From NCBI GenBank assembly GCA_034440495.1, contig JAWXCE010000001.1:60478-92477 (forward strand): 32,000 bases of DNA. Direction: 5' to 3'. Each line of letters opens with the position of its first letter. Position 1 is the stretch's first letter. The notes under the pieces were generated by a model. That model made no database searches and was not told the origin of the DNA. It worked only from the letters and a program-made list of their open reading frames with translations. Positions 1 to 10,222 of this stretch are shown in pieces. Source of the DNA: Hyphomicrobiales bacterium (GTDB taxonomy: Bacteria; Pseudomonadota; Alphaproteobacteria; Rhizobiales; Rhodomicrobiaceae). The translations under genes were made by a program, and so were the position numbers.

Positions 1-904
1 ACGGCGACAAAGCGCGCAGGAAAGCGGTGCCCGCTGTCATATCTCCGGCGACGGCTCGGGCTTTAATGAAGGCGGCGCGCTCCCAGTTTTGCCCGGCGCT
101 TTCGTAATACTGAAACGCCGCGCTGGTCGATATGGCGATCTGTGTCGAGCCGGGATCGGGGCGCAGCCGCAAATCCGTGCGGAACACATAACCATCCCCA
201 GTTCGCTCCTGCAGTAGTTTGATCAGATTACGAGTGAGGCGCACGAAAAATGGCGTCGGTTCAACCCCAGCCCTTAATGGCGCGGCGTCGCCGTCGAACA
301 AGACAATGAGATCAATGTCGCTGGAATAGTTGAGCTCATGCGCCCCATGCTTGCCCATGGCAAGCACGATGTAACCGCTGCCAATGGACGGATCGGCCAT
401 GCTCGGCGTCACAAGCGTCCCCGCGTTTGCCACTTCGCGCAGTAAGAAACGGACAGCTTCGGCTGTTAATGCGTCGGCTGCTCGCGATAACGCGGCTGTG
501 GTTTCCTCCAAGCTCCAGACGCCGCCAAGATCAGCGAGCGCGGTAAGAAGCGCAACCCGGCGCTTGATCGTCCGCAAGATGCGCATCGCGTCGGCATGGC
601 TTGCCGCGCCTGCCATATCGCGCGAAAGGTCTTCCAGAAGGGTTTGCGCGCATTGATCGGGTTCATTCAGCAGAATGACCTGCAAATAGTCTATCTCGCG
701 CGAGGCGAGCGTGCCCAGGAAGGGCGAGCAGGTGAAAACAGCCTGCAGAAAGTCGTGGGTAGTCTGGTGATTTCTAAGCAGGTCGGTCAGCGGAGCCGAT
801 GCTTCCGAACGCGCAGCTTGCGACTGAAACATGAGAAAAGTCTGCCTGCCCTTTGCGTCCTCGAATTCAACATGCCCCGGCTTTAAGCTGTCTGCGAGGG
901 TCAT
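1..904 (-). CDS. glnE: Glutamine synthetase adenylyltransferase (GlnE), N-terminal part; the gene runs off the left edge
   Basis: Not in the ORF track because it has no stop in the window. My translation of the minus strand from ATG 904..902 is open to position 1. It contains GlnE nucleotidyltransferase hallmarks: YIVLAMGKHGAHELNYSSDIDLIVLFD and FRTDLRLRPDPGSTQIAIS. The ATG overlaps the upstream kinase stop as ATGA. Confidence 0.85.
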   Translation of the reverse strand, partial: MTLADSLKPGHVEFEDAKGRQTFLMFQSQAARSEASAPLTDLLRNHQTTHDFLQAVFTCSPFLGTLASREIDYLQVILLNEPDQCAQTLLEDLSRDMAGAASHADAMRILRTIKRRVALLTALADLGGVWSLEETTAALSRAADALTAEAVRFLLREVANAGTLVTPSMADPSIGSGYIVLAMGKHGAHELNYSSDIDLIVLFDGDAAPLRAGVEPTPFFVRLTRNLIKLLQERTGDGYVFRTDLRLRPDPGSTQIAISTSAAFQYYESAGQNWERAAFIKARAVAGDMTAGTAFLRALSP

Positions 905-2370
905 GTCGTTACGGATATTGCAGGATTCATTTCGTGCTCCTTGGCTATGATGGCTTCGGAATTCTGACTCTGTTCAGCGTCGGTGTTGACGCCGCAGACG
1001 CTAAACACCACTTTAAGGCCTGGATTATTATCTTCAAGACGGACGTCTCCACCGTGGAGACGCGCGACAGCGGCGACAAGGCTGAGACCGAGGCCGCTGC
1101 CCGGTTTTGAGCGGCTGGCTTCCAGGCGGACGAAACGCTCCAGCGCTTTCCCGCGCTGACCGGGCGCTATCCCCGCGCCATGATCCGATATGGCAATCTC
1201 AACCTTTGGGCCCTGCTGCGCTATGTCAAGAGCTATGCCTCGCGTCTCGCTCGATGCATGAGGCGCGCCGTACTTGATCGCATTGTCGAGAAGGTTTGCG
1301 ATGGCCTGCGCGATGAGTTGGCGTTCGCCGGTGATGGGCATGACAGGCGCGCCCGTCACGGTGATGGACAACCCGTGCGCTTCAGCGACTGGCTCGTAAA
1401 GCTCCGCCGCATCGCGGGCGACCGCGCAGAGATCGAATTCAGCGCCTGAAACGCTGCGCGCTCCAGCCTCCATATGCGCGATATTCAACAGCGCGTCGAA
1501 CGTGCGGATCAGCTCGTCGCCCTCCTCTATCGTGTCGCGCAGGGCTTCTTCATAATGCTGCGCATTGCCGCCTTCGCGCAGCGCGGCCTCCGCCCGGTTA
1601 CGCAGCCGGTTGAGCGGCGTTTTCAAATCGTGAGCGATGTTGTCCGAAACTTCGCGCAAGCCTTGCATCAGGCGCTCGATTCTATCGAACATGCCGTTAA
1701 GATTCGCAGCAAGCCGATCAATTTCGTCGCCCGAACCGTCCAATGCTACGCGGCCAATCATACCAGCCGCCATTATGCCATGGCTTTGCCGGGTCAGATT
1801 TTCGATCCGTTGCAGCAGCCTGCGGCCCACGAACAGGCCAACGCCAACGCCGGTGATAAGCAGCGTGGCAAGCCCCCAAAGGGCCGCCGAACGGATTAAT
1901 CCGGCAAATTCTCGCCGCTCCTCGACATCACGTCCGACAATGAGACGAAAGCCGCCCTGCAAGAGCACGACGCTCACAATAGCCATCCGATCTTCAAAGC
2001 CCCCGCCGCCAGGACGCCGATATGCAAACTCGACCTGGCCGAGCGCATTCCACAATTCCGGACTTACCGTGCGCAAGTTGCCGACCACGCGGCCGGCTTT
2101 TTCGTCGGTGAGAAGGTAAAGGCTATTGCCGGGAGTAGCACTGCGTTCGGCGATGGTTTGCGAAAGACGCTGCAGCCCGCCAACCGCATATTGCTCGGCC
2201 AGACCACGAAGTTCCGCCTCGATCGTGCTGTCGATCTGGCGCGAAACCAAAGTCTGTGCGTTCCAATAGGTGTAGGCGATCACGGCGGCACCGGCGGCTC
2301 CGAAAATCGCGACATAGAGCAGCGAGAGCCGGAAAGCCGTGGTGCGTAAAAGTTTAAGCGACACCGTCAC
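901..2370 (-). CDS. Sensor histidine kinase (two TM segments, HAMP, HisKA, HATPase_c)
   Basis: H-box SDNIAHDLKTPLNRL, N-box LDNAIKY, G-boxes DHGAGI and GSGLGLSLV. N-terminal TM helix plus a second TM before a HAMP-like segment. Overlaps the upstream response regulator by 17 nt. Confidence 0.9.
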   Translation of the reverse strand: MTVSLKLLRTTAFRLSLLYVAIFGAAGAAVIAYTYWNAQTLVSRQIDSTIEAELRGLAEQYAVGGLQRLSQTIAERSATPGNSLYLLTDEKAGRVVGNLRTVSPELWNALGQVEFAYRRPGGGGFEDRMAIVSVVLLQGGFRLIVGRDVEERREFAGLIRSAALWGLATLLITGVGVGLFVGRRLLQRIENLTRQSHGIMAAGMIGRVALDGSGDEIDRLAANLNGMFDRIERLMQGLREVSDNIAHDLKTPLNRLRNRAEAALREGGNAQHYEEALRDTIEEGDELIRTFDALLNIAHMEAGARSVSGAEFDLCAVARDAAELYEPVAEAHGLSITVTGAPVMPITGERQLIAQAIANLLDNAIKYGAPHASSETRGIALDIAQQGPKVEIAISDHGAGIAPGQRGKALERFVRLEASRSKPGSGLGLSLVAAVARLHGGDVRLEDNNPGLKVVFSVCGVNTDAEQSQNSEAIIAKEHEMNPAISVTT

Positions 2371-3034
2371 CGATCATATATCCCGCGCCCCGCACCGTTT
2401 GCAGCAGAGGCGTCTCAAAATTCTTATCGATTTTCGCTCGCAAGCGGGAAATATGTACGTCAATGACATTTGTCTGCGGGTCGAAATGATAATCCCAGAC
2501 ATTTTCGAGAAGCATCGTCCGGGTCACGACCTGACCCGCATGCTTCATCAGGTATTCGAGCAGGCGATATTCGCGAGGTTGAAGCGGTAGCGACTCGCCC
2601 TTGCGCGTGACCTTATGCGTCAGTCGGTCAAGCACAAGATCGCCCACGACATAGCGGGAAGTGGACTCTTCCGGTGACGCTCTGCGGGCTAAAGCTTCAA
2701 CTCGCGCCAACAATTCAGAAAATGCAAAAGGTTTGGCGAGATAGTCGTCGCCGCCAGCCCGCAGTCCCTGCACGCGGTCATCGACTGCTCCCAGAGCGCT
2801 GAGTACAAGCGCGGGCGTCTGAACGCCGGATTTTCTTAGCGCCTGAATAACTGCAAGGCCGTTCTGTTTAGGGAGCATTCGGTCGACGATAAGGACATCA
2901 AATTCGCTGGAGGCCGCCGCGTCAAGACCGGCTTCGCCATCGGAAGCGACTTCGGCAGAGTGGCCGCTTTCCTTCAGCGCCTTTTCGAGATAGGCGGCGG
3001 TTTTGGCGTCATCTTCGATGATCAAAACGCGCAT
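2354..3034 (-). CDS. OmpR-family response regulator (receiver plus winged-helix domain)
   Basis: Receiver motifs MRVLIIEDD and DVLIVDRMLPKQNG, with K in YLAKPF. C-terminal trans_reg_C-like LLEYLMKHAGQVVTRTMLLENVW...VRGAGYMI. Confidence 0.92.
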   Translation of the reverse strand: MRVLIIEDDAKTAAYLEKALKESGHSAEVASDGEAGLDAAASSEFDVLIVDRMLPKQNGLAVIQALRKSGVQTPALVLSALGAVDDRVQGLRAGGDDYLAKPFAFSELLARVEALARRASPEESTSRYVVGDLVLDRLTHKVTRKGESLPLQPREYRLLEYLMKHAGQVVTRTMLLENVWDYHFDPQTNVIDVHISRLRAKIDKNFETPLLQTVRGAGYMIGDGVA

Positions 3035-3057
3035 AATCGATAACCCGGATCACGTCG

Positions 3058-3102
3058 GTAAAAATTGTTAAGCCCCGCCACAATCTGCGCTGCGGCGGGG
3101 CT
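3058..3102 (-). terminator. Rho-independent terminator candidate downstream of degP
   Basis: 9-bp GC-rich stem agccccgcc (3071-3079) / ggcggggct (3094-3102). On the minus strand it is followed by a T-run, the complement of aaaaa at 3060-3064. Confidence 0.5.
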
Positions 3103-3118
3103 AATGTCGAGAGCCAGC

Positions 3119-4723
3119 TTAGTTAGGCTTTTTCTCGTCTTTTTTGTCTTTGCCGTCTGCTTTGCGTTCAGCCAGCGAAAGCGCCACGAAACGTGTCTGG
3201 TCTTTGGACTTCACCTGCATAAAGACGGCGCGTTTGCCTTTGTCTTTCGCAGAGCGAAGGCCTGACGCAATATCCTCTGCGGAGGATACTGCCTCACCGC
3301 CGATTTCCAGAATCACATCGCCTTTTTTCAAGCCTTTCTCTGCGGCTTCCGACGCAGGATCGATCTCCGTGATCGCCACGCCTTTAGAACCTGCGCCAGG
3401 CACATCACTCGCTGGAGCAAGTGCAAGGCCCAGATCGTTAAGCTCTTCCGCTTCCTTTTCCTGCGGCTCAAGTGCGGCAAGCTTATCCTGACTTGGGAAT
3501 GTGCCGAGCTTAATGTTCAGGTCACGCTTTTTGCCGTCGCGATAAACGACAACCTTGGTGTCTGCGTCCGGAAGCATAGAAGCAACGGTCCGGGCAAGAT
3601 CGCGCGAATCGTTGATCGACTTTCCGTTCACTTCGACAATCACGTCGCCGACGTTGATTTCCGATTTCGCAGCTGGACCGTCTTCAAGAATTTTCGTGAC
3701 GAGAGCGCCTTTGGCTTCTTTCAGGTCGAGGCTTTCCGCAATGTCCTCACTCACGTTCTGAATCGTAACACCAAGCCAGCCGCGGCTAACTTTGCCGCCT
3801 TTTTGAAGCGCATCGACAACATCACGTGCGAGGTCAGACGGGACAGCGAAAGCAATGCCGACGTTGCCGCCGCTTGGACTAAATATCGCGGTGTTGACGC
3901 CGACAACCTGGCCTTTCAGGTTTACGGACGGACCGCCAGAATTGCCGCGATTAACAGCCGCGTCGATCTGCAGATAGTCATAAGGCCCGGAGCCAATATC
4001 GCGGCTCATCGCCGAGACGATACCGGCGGTGACTGTGCCGCCAAGGCCGAACGGGTTGCCGACCGCCAGCACCCAATCGCCAACGCGAGGGCTGTCGCTC
4101 GCGAAGTCGAGATACTTATCGAACTGCTTGCCGCCTTTAACTTTCAACAGTGCAATGTCAGTGCGCGTGTCCGTGCCTACGAGTTCTGCGTCGAACTTCT
4201 CGTCGTTCTCAAATGTCACGCTGATTTCATCGGCTTTATCGATGACGTGGTTATTGGTGACGATATAGCCATCGCGAGAAATCACAAAGCCCGAGCCTTG
4301 CGCCCGCGCTGGCCGACCTTCTTCCGGTTGTCCGGGCTGGCCTGGAGCTCCAGGACCTCTTTTGAATTGTTCAAAGAATTCTCGGAATGGATGGCCTGGG
4401 GGCAGATCGTCGAAGTTGAAATTTTCAGGCCCCCCGCGACCACCCGGACCGCCCGTGCCGCGCATCGCTGAGCCATTTTTCGTGTAAACGCTGACAACCG
4501 CAGGCCGTACTTTTTCCGCCAGATCGGCGAAACTTAATGGAGCGTTGCCAAAACCTTGCGCAATCGCCGGTTCTACAGTGAAAAGTTTTTGTGGGATTGG
4601 GCTAACGAGCGCAGCGCCGAGCAGGCCTGCGCCAACGATCATCACAAATGTTTTTGCGCGTGCCATATCTATGCCTGCGCTTTTTTCGGCCAGTGACGAT
4701 TTTTTTGTTTCAAACTCAGGCAT
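3119..4723 (-). CDS. degP: Periplasmic serine endoprotease DegP/HtrA (trypsin-like domain plus two PDZ domains)
   Basis: Catalytic motifs TNNHV (His), DIALLKV (Asp) and GNSGGPS (Ser), followed by two PDZ-like segments. The signal-like MARAKTFVMIVGAGLLGAALV suggests the real start may be the internal Met 19 codons downstream of 4723. Confidence 0.92.
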   Translation of the reverse strand: MPEFETKKSSLAEKSAGIDMARAKTFVMIVGAGLLGAALVSPIPQKLFTVEPAIAQGFGNAPLSFADLAEKVRPAVVSVYTKNGSAMRGTGGPGGRGGPENFNFDDLPPGHPFREFFEQFKRGPGAPGQPGQPEEGRPARAQGSGFVISRDGYIVTNNHVIDKADEISVTFENDEKFDAELVGTDTRTDIALLKVKGGKQFDKYLDFASDSPRVGDWVLAVGNPFGLGGTVTAGIVSAMSRDIGSGPYDYLQIDAAVNRGNSGGPSVNLKGQVVGVNTAIFSPSGGNVGIAFAVPSDLARDVVDALQKGGKVSRGWLGVTIQNVSEDIAESLDLKEAKGALVTKILEDGPAAKSEINVGDVIVEVNGKSINDSRDLARTVASMLPDADTKVVVYRDGKKRDLNIKLGTFPSQDKLAALEPQEKEAEELNDLGLALAPASDVPGAGSKGVAITEIDPASEAAEKGLKKGDVILEIGGEAVSSAEDIASGLRSAKDKGKRAVFMQVKSKDQTRFVALSLAERKADGKDKKDEKKPN

Positions 4724-4842
4724 TGGTTATTCACCTCATTTCAATTTGGCTACATAGTGAATAAGGGATATAGTGACTGAAGACTTACGACGCCGTTTCC
4801 ACAGCATTAAATTTCGGTAATGCCAGATAAAACTTTGCCCTC

Positions 4843-6057
4843 GTGGGGTCGATTTTGACAAAGATACAAAAATTGGCGGGCGCCCGACTTAAGAAATGGC
4901 AAATTTTTGCCAGCTTGTTTTTCTTTAATTTCGCCGCATGCTCCATTATCGCAATAGCGGGCGGCGCTACGCCAGGCGCAGAACGCTACCTTTTGCACCC
5001 GACCGCGAGATCTCTACCGGTGGCCGTCTTTGGCGATGACGGGCGACGCGAACTGCCAGAAAAATACAGCGGCCTTGAAGGTAAGATCGGGATGATTTAT
5101 GAACCGATAAGTCAGACGCTATGCACGGCATTTTGCGTTGCGCCAGACGTGGTGGCCACGGCAGCTCACTGTCTTTTCCAGGCGAAAGCCGCAAAAATCC
5201 CCGCTATTTCATCGCTTAGCTTCCGGCTGGACTACGGCAAGGTCTCGACATCCACGGGCCTTGCCGGCAGCCGGAAAGGCGTGGAGAAAAACTTCGTCGC
5301 TGTCGGCACCACCAAGTTTAATCAGGAGCCTCCGCTCTCGGCGCCTCTGGACTGGGCGCTTGCCCGCCTCGAAAGGCCCATATGCCGTTTTGGCGTGCTG
5401 GATGTTGTTCCCAAAACGGTGCCCGAGCTGGCACAGGCGACAACGGAAAAGCGGATTTTTCAGGTCGCTTATCACTGGGATTATCAGCACTGGAAGCTGG
5501 CATATTCGGGCGCGTGCACTATCAGCCGTAGCTTCAGCCTGCAGTGGCGCGCGATCCAGCAGCATTTTTCAGACTCGGAAGATCTGGTTCTACACGATTG
5601 CGATACAGGCGGCGCCTCATCCGGATCACCCATTCTAATGGACACGCCGCTTGGCCCGGTCGCAGTGGCGATTAATGTAGGCACCTACACGCGCACCAGG
5701 CTGTTCCTGCGTCAAGGCCGCGTTGTAAAACGCCTGAACCCGGACGTGATTGCAAACACGGGCGTAAACGCGCGGGCTTTCAAGCACATAATAGCGGAAC
5801 TGGGCACAGCCCAGATACTGGAAAGCCCGGATGAATTGTCACAATTGCAGTTGGAGCTTAGGGCGCGCGCTTTATATTCGGGTAAAGTAGATGGCATTCT
5901 GGGGCGAAACACACGAAGCGCCATTCGGCAGTTTGAGGTCAGCAACGGACTTACTGCAACAGGACTTCCAACACAGAAGGTTCTCGATCAAATTTCGCAA
6001 AATCGGGAACGGCCAGCAGTAGATTATAGCACTGTGCGGGGGAAAGCGCCCAACTAG
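4843..6057 (+). CDS. Secreted trypsin-like (S1) serine protease with a C-terminal peptidoglycan-binding (PG_binding_1-like) domain
   Basis: VATAAHC (His) and DTGGASSGSPI (Ser) motifs. C-terminal LRARALYSGKVDGILGRNTRSAIRQFEVSNGLTATG matches the PG_binding_1 pattern. Hydrophobic N-terminus. GTG start is uncertain. Its stop overlaps the ccmH stop (CTAG). Confidence 0.75.
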   Translation: MGSILTKIQKLAGARLKKWQIFASLFFFNFAACSIIAIAGGATPGAERYLLHPTARSLPVAVFGDDGRRELPEKYSGLEGKIGMIYEPISQTLCTAFCVAPDVVATAAHCLFQAKAAKIPAISSLSFRLDYGKVSTSTGLAGSRKGVEKNFVAVGTTKFNQEPPLSAPLDWALARLERPICRFGVLDVVPKTVPELAQATTEKRIFQVAYHWDYQHWKLAYSGACTISRSFSLQWRAIQQHFSDSEDLVLHDCDTGGASSGSPILMDTPLGPVAVAINVGTYTRTRLFLRQGRVVKRLNPDVIANTGVNARAFKHIIAELGTAQILESPDELSQLQLELRARALYSGKVDGILGRNTRSAIRQFEVSNGLTATGLPTQKVLDQISQNRERPAVDYSTVRGKAPN

Positions 6058-6515
6058 CGGCTTGTAATATCCTTCACGCGTATTTTCTCTTCTTCCGACA
6101 AATCGCCAGATTGCGTGTTGATCGCCGCTGGTTTCCGCGCAGATCGCCATATAAAAAAGGCGCCTGACAGAAAAAGCAGTGCGGGTGTGAGCCAAAGTAG
6201 CGCGGTCGATAACGAAAATGGCGGGCGCAACAGCACAAAGTCGCCGTAGCGGGCAACGATAAACTCGACCGCTTGTTCGTTCGTATCGCCGTTTTTCAGC
6301 CTGTCACGAACGAGAACGCGCAGGTCGCGGGCAAGAGGCGCGTCGGAATCATCAATCGACTGGTTTTGACAAACCAGGCAACGCAACTCGGCCGAGATGG
6401 CGCGGGCGCGGGCTTCAACGGCGGGATCAGCCAAAATTTCGTCCGGCTCGACCGCTAAAGCGCCGCTCCCCGAAAGAGCGACACAAACAATAAAAAACTT
6501 TACCAAACGACGCAT
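6054..6515 (-). CDS. ccmH: Cytochrome c-type biogenesis protein CcmH (CycL)
   Basis: Signal peptide plus the hallmark LRCLVCQNQSIDDSDAPLARDLR (CXXC) and a C-terminal TM. Lies immediately downstream of ccmF. Confidence 0.9.
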   Translation of the reverse strand: MRRLVKFFIVCVALSGSGALAVEPDEILADPAVEARARAISAELRCLVCQNQSIDDSDAPLARDLRVLVRDRLKNGDTNEQAVEFIVARYGDFVLLRPPFSLSTALLWLTPALLFLSGAFFIWRSARKPAAINTQSGDLSEEEKIRVKDITSR

Positions 6516-6517
6516 GA

Positions 6518-8500
6518 CTATGCCGCCGCCACAACGTGACGCGCTGTCTTACCCTTGCGCGGCTCGCCAACGCGCAATCGCCTGTCGGCCAGCGACAGGA
6601 CGCCGCCGAATGCCATAATTAGCGCGCCGATCCAGATGAAGCGCACGAGAGGATGGAAATAAGCGCGCACCGAATAAGCGCCGCCTCCGAGTTCATCCCC
6701 CAAAACCACATAAACATCGCCGCCCCAGGTCGCCAGAATCCCAGCTTCGGAGGTTTGCGTGCGCGGCGCGCTGTAGACGCGCTTTGACGGGAGAAGAGTT
6801 GTGATTAAACGCTCGCCGGTGGTGAGTTCGAAGGTTCCGGTCAGCTCTTCAAAGTTTGGCCCTCTTGACGGAGCAACACCTTTAAATGTCAGCTTGTAGC
6901 CGTTCAATTCGAGTTGCTCGCCAGGCTTTAGCGCCGCAATACGCTCGACCTGCCATGCGCTTGTTCCGACGATGCCGAGCACGGCGACCCCAACGCCCAG
7001 ATGAGCGAGAGCTGCGCCAAAACTGGCGCGCGGCAGATTGACGAAGCGGCTGACCGATTCACGGAATGGCGCCTCAAACAGGCGGCAGCGCGACGCAATT
7101 TCCGACAGCGCGCCGCCAATTAGCCAAACACCAAGGGCAAATCCGATCGGGGCTAGCCATGGCCCGCGCTCCTGAGTAGCGAGAATGGCCAAGCCAGAGA
7201 CACCAGCCACAGCCGCCGCAGCGACAAGTCGCTGCGACGCTGCCGCTAGATCGCCGCGCTTCCACGCCAGCATTGCTCCAAACGGCATGGCCAGAAGCAA
7301 TGGCATCATGAGCGGCAGGAAGGTCGCGTTGAAGTATGGCGCGCCAACGGAGATTTTCTCGCCGGTGATAGCCTCAAGCGCCAGAGGATAGAGCGTGCCG
7401 ACAAAAACCACGCCGCAGGCTGATGTCAGTAGCAGGTTATTGAGAATGAGGCTGCCTTCGCGCGAGATCGGCGCGAACACACCGCCCGCACGCAGTGCAG
7501 GGGCCCTCCATGCGTAGAGTGTGAGAGCGCCGCCGGTGAAAATCGCCATAATGGCGAGGATGAACACGCCGCGCTCCGGATCGACTGCGAATGCGTGGAC
7601 TGATGTCAGTACGCCGGAGCGCACCAGGAATGCGCCGACCAGACTGAGCGCGAAGGTGAGAATGGCGAGCAGCACCGTCCAGACTTTCAGCGAGTCGCGT
7701 TTCTCCATAACGATGGCGGAGTGAAGTAGCGCCGTCCCGGCAAGCCATGGCATGAATGAAGCGTTCTCAACGGGATCCCAAAACCACCAGCCGCCCCAAC
7801 CCAGTTCATAATATGCCCACCACGAACCCATGGCGATGCCGACGGTTAGAAATGACCATGCGGCCAGCGTCCAGGGCCGCACCCAACGCGCCCACGCCGC
7901 ATCGATTCGACCCTCGATGAGGGCGGCCACGGCAAATGAAAACGCCAGCGAAAACCCGACATAGCCCGCATACAAAAATGGCGGATGAAACGCGAGCGCC
8001 GGGTCTTGTAGAATTGGGTTGAGCCCTCTGCCTTCAAACGGGGCCGGGTCGAGACGAATGAACGGGTTTGATGTCGCAACGATGAAAATGAGAAAAGCGA
8101 GCGAAATAGCGCCTTGCACGGAGAGCACATTGGCTTTCAACCGCATCGGCAAATTTTGCCCGAAAGCTGCGACCAGCGCGCCAAAAAGCGCAAGTATTAA
8201 TACCCACAGCACCATTGAGCCTTCGTGATTGCCCCACGCGCCCGATATTTTGTAGATCATTGGCTTGGCAGAGTGCGAATTCTCATAAACGTTAACGACG
8301 GAGAAATCGGAGCTTACAAAAGCCCAGATCAGCGCGGCGAAAGCGAAAAGCACCAGCAAAAACTGCGATAGCGCGGCTGGCGCGGCCATGAGCATAAGTC
8401 TGTTGTCGCCGACCCGCGCGCCCCAAAACGGAGCGGCGGTCTGCACAAGCGCCACGGCCAGCGCTAACACAAGAGCAAAATGTCCGGCTTCGACTATCAT
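6518..8500 (-). CDS. ccmF: Cytochrome c heme lyase subunit CcmF (CycK)
   Basis: 660-aa polytopic membrane protein with the WWD motif WGGWWFWDPVENASFMPWL. Sits in ccmE-ccmF-ccmH order. Confidence 0.95.
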   Translation of the reverse strand: MIVEAGHFALVLALAVALVQTAAPFWGARVGDNRLMLMAAPAALSQFLLVLFAFAALIWAFVSSDFSVVNVYENSHSAKPMIYKISGAWGNHEGSMVLWVLILALFGALVAAFGQNLPMRLKANVLSVQGAISLAFLIFIVATSNPFIRLDPAPFEGRGLNPILQDPALAFHPPFLYAGYVGFSLAFSFAVAALIEGRIDAAWARWVRPWTLAAWSFLTVGIAMGSWWAYYELGWGGWWFWDPVENASFMPWLAGTALLHSAIVMEKRDSLKVWTVLLAILTFALSLVGAFLVRSGVLTSVHAFAVDPERGVFILAIMAIFTGGALTLYAWRAPALRAGGVFAPISREGSLILNNLLLTSACGVVFVGTLYPLALEAITGEKISVGAPYFNATFLPLMMPLLLAMPFGAMLAWKRGDLAAASQRLVAAAAVAGVSGLAILATQERGPWLAPIGFALGVWLIGGALSEIASRCRLFEAPFRESVSRFVNLPRASFGAALAHLGVGVAVLGIVGTSAWQVERIAALKPGEQLELNGYKLTFKGVAPSRGPNFEELTGTFELTTGERLITTLLPSKRVYSAPRTQTSEAGILATWGGDVYVVLGDELGGGAYSVRAYFHPLVRFIWIGALIMAFGGVLSLADRRLRVGEPRKGKTARHVVAAA

Positions 8501-8518
8501 TGGATGCCCGCTTCTGCG

Positions 8519-8986
8519 TTAATTTTGTTTGGTTTCCTTGCCGACCGGCGCTTGGCCTGTGTCGCGCCAGACACCTTGCCTTTTCAACGACTCGGCGACT
8601 TCAGGCGGCATGTAGTTTTCGTCGTGTTTGGCAAGCACAGTATCGGCGGCGAAGACGCCATCGGGCCGCATTTTACCTTCAGCCACAACGCCCTGCCCTT
8701 CGCGAAAGAGGTCTGGCAATAACCCTGTATAGACCACCGGCAAGGAAGATTTAGTGTCGGTTACTGCAAAGCGCACTGTTGTGCCCTCATCCCGCTTGAC
8801 ACTGCCCTCCTCCACAAGCCCGCCGAGCCTAAAACGGCGATTATCAAGCTTTTTTGTCACAGCGTCGGTCGGGCTTTGGAAAAAAACAATGGATTCGCTC
8901 ATCGCATTCAGAACAAGCGCAGTGGACGCGCCGAGCAGCGTTAGTCCAGCGCCAATCATCACTAGCCGTCTTTGCTTGCGTGTCAT
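8519..8986 (-). CDS. ccmE: Cytochrome c maturation heme chaperone CcmE (CycJ)
   Basis: N-terminal anchor RRLVMIGAGLTLLGAS, OB-fold region RLGGLVEEGSV and the heme-binding region LAKHDENYMPPEV. Confidence 0.95.
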   Translation of the reverse strand: MTRKQRRLVMIGAGLTLLGASTALVLNAMSESIVFFQSPTDAVTKKLDNRRFRLGGLVEEGSVKRDEGTTVRFAVTDTKSSLPVVYTGLLPDLFREGQGVVAEGKMRPDGVFAADTVLAKHDENYMPPEVAESLKRQGVWRDTGQAPVGKETKQN

Positions 8987-9028
8987 AAAATATCAAAACC
9001 TCTTGTAACTTATACGATAACCGGTGCC

Positions 9029-10117
9029 TTACGAGTTCAATCCCATCGCCGACGCGAAGTCGTTTATTTGCTTTAGGGCATCCAGATTTCCTGCATACTG
9101 CGACCTGGCTTTCTCAACCGTCGCAATTGCATCGCCTTTTTTGCCAAGAACGCTATAGGCACGGACGAGCCGCAGCCACTCATCCACTTCGCCGCCATTT
9201 TTGCCCAGCCGGTCGGCCAATCCCGCGACCATGCCTTCAATCATCTGCTGTCGCGCCGCAACATCGCCGGGCGTTTGCGTATTAGGCAGGGTCTTACCGT
9301 CTAAAGCAGCAATTTTAGCCTCAACAGCTTTCCGCCAGTCCGGTGCGAGTGAGGACTTCAAAAGCGTTTCATAGCCCGCCCTCGCTGCGGATTTATCGCC
9401 TTGGTTTTCATCGGCAACCGCGAGAAAAAAACGGGCGCGCAGCAGATCGGGACGTTGCTTCAGCGCCTTTTGAAGGGCCGAACGGGCAAGGGCTGTCGCC
9501 ACGCCATCGTTGGCGGCGATTGACGCCTCTCCATACCCAGCGAGCCGATCTGGCGTTTCACCGGTAAGCGCCATGGCTTTGCGGAAAGCGTCCGCTGCAT
9601 CCTCGAAGCGCTGCACACGCATATAAACAGGCGCTATCACATTCCAGCCCGCGCCATCTTCCGGATTAGTGCGAAGCCGTGCCTCAACTTTTGCAATCAT
9701 GGGTTCGATTTTATTGCTCTCATCCGGAGATTCGAGGCGGGCGGCAAGTGGCTGTCCCGGCATTTGGGGCGCGCCTGTCAAGAGGTAAACCAACAAACTC
9801 AGCACTGTTATAGCAATCGCCACAGCGCCTGCGGCCCAGTTTGGCCGAAGCAGCTTGGGCGAGGCGCCGTTTTTGCTGCGGTGGTTTTCATCTGACGCCG
9901 CCAGAATTCGCCGGGATATTTCGCGGGAAACATCCCGCGCCTCATCCTCGCTGATGACATTGCGGCGAAGGTCTTCGTCAATTTCCTGCAACTGAGCTTT
10001 ATAAAGCTCGACTTCGTTGGCGGCGACGTTTTCGGAACGGGCATTGCGATATAGAGGCGCGACGATGACAATAACGATCGCCGCCGTAAGAGATGCCAAA
10101 ATCAACCACAGAATCAT
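9029..10117 (-). CDS. ccmI: Cytochrome c-type biogenesis protein CcmI (CycH), TM plus TPR
   Basis: N-terminal TM helices followed by TPR-like repeats. Its position directly upstream of ccmE-F-H matches the rhizobial cycHJKL arrangement. Confidence 0.8.
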   Translation of the reverse strand: MILWLILASLTAAIVIVIVAPLYRNARSENVAANEVELYKAQLQEIDEDLRRNVISEDEARDVSREISRRILAASDENHRSKNGASPKLLRPNWAAGAVAIAITVLSLLVYLLTGAPQMPGQPLAARLESPDESNKIEPMIAKVEARLRTNPEDGAGWNVIAPVYMRVQRFEDAADAFRKAMALTGETPDRLAGYGEASIAANDGVATALARSALQKALKQRPDLLRARFFLAVADENQGDKSAARAGYETLLKSSLAPDWRKAVEAKIAALDGKTLPNTQTPGDVAARQQMIEGMVAGLADRLGKNGGEVDEWLRLVRAYSVLGKKGDAIATVEKARSQYAGNLDALKQINDFASAMGLNS

Positions 10118-10222
10118 CGCCTAAACGCCGTTCTCGATCCAAATCCATATGAATATGTATAAGGCAACGGATGTGGGGTCAACGGCGTGCTGGATCACAC
10201 TCGCGTAAAGGCGCGCGATCAA

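Noticed and set aside
384-1110. Plus-strand ORFs 384-656, 596-886 and 853-1110, and minus-strand ORF 466-666
   Set aside because: All lie within or antisense to the clearly recognisable glnE 5' region and the kinase 3' end, and none has any motif.
3803-5638. ORFs 3803-4471 (+), 5138-5638 (+) and 5209-5565 (-)
   Set aside because: They are alternate-frame or antisense ORFs inside degP and the S1 protease gene, with low-complexity composition and no supporting signals.
6054-6057. CTAG stop-stop overlap of the convergent ccmH and S1 protease genes
   Set aside because: It is real in the sequence, but it is a trivial 4-nt convergent overlap. There is no evidence of regulatory significance.
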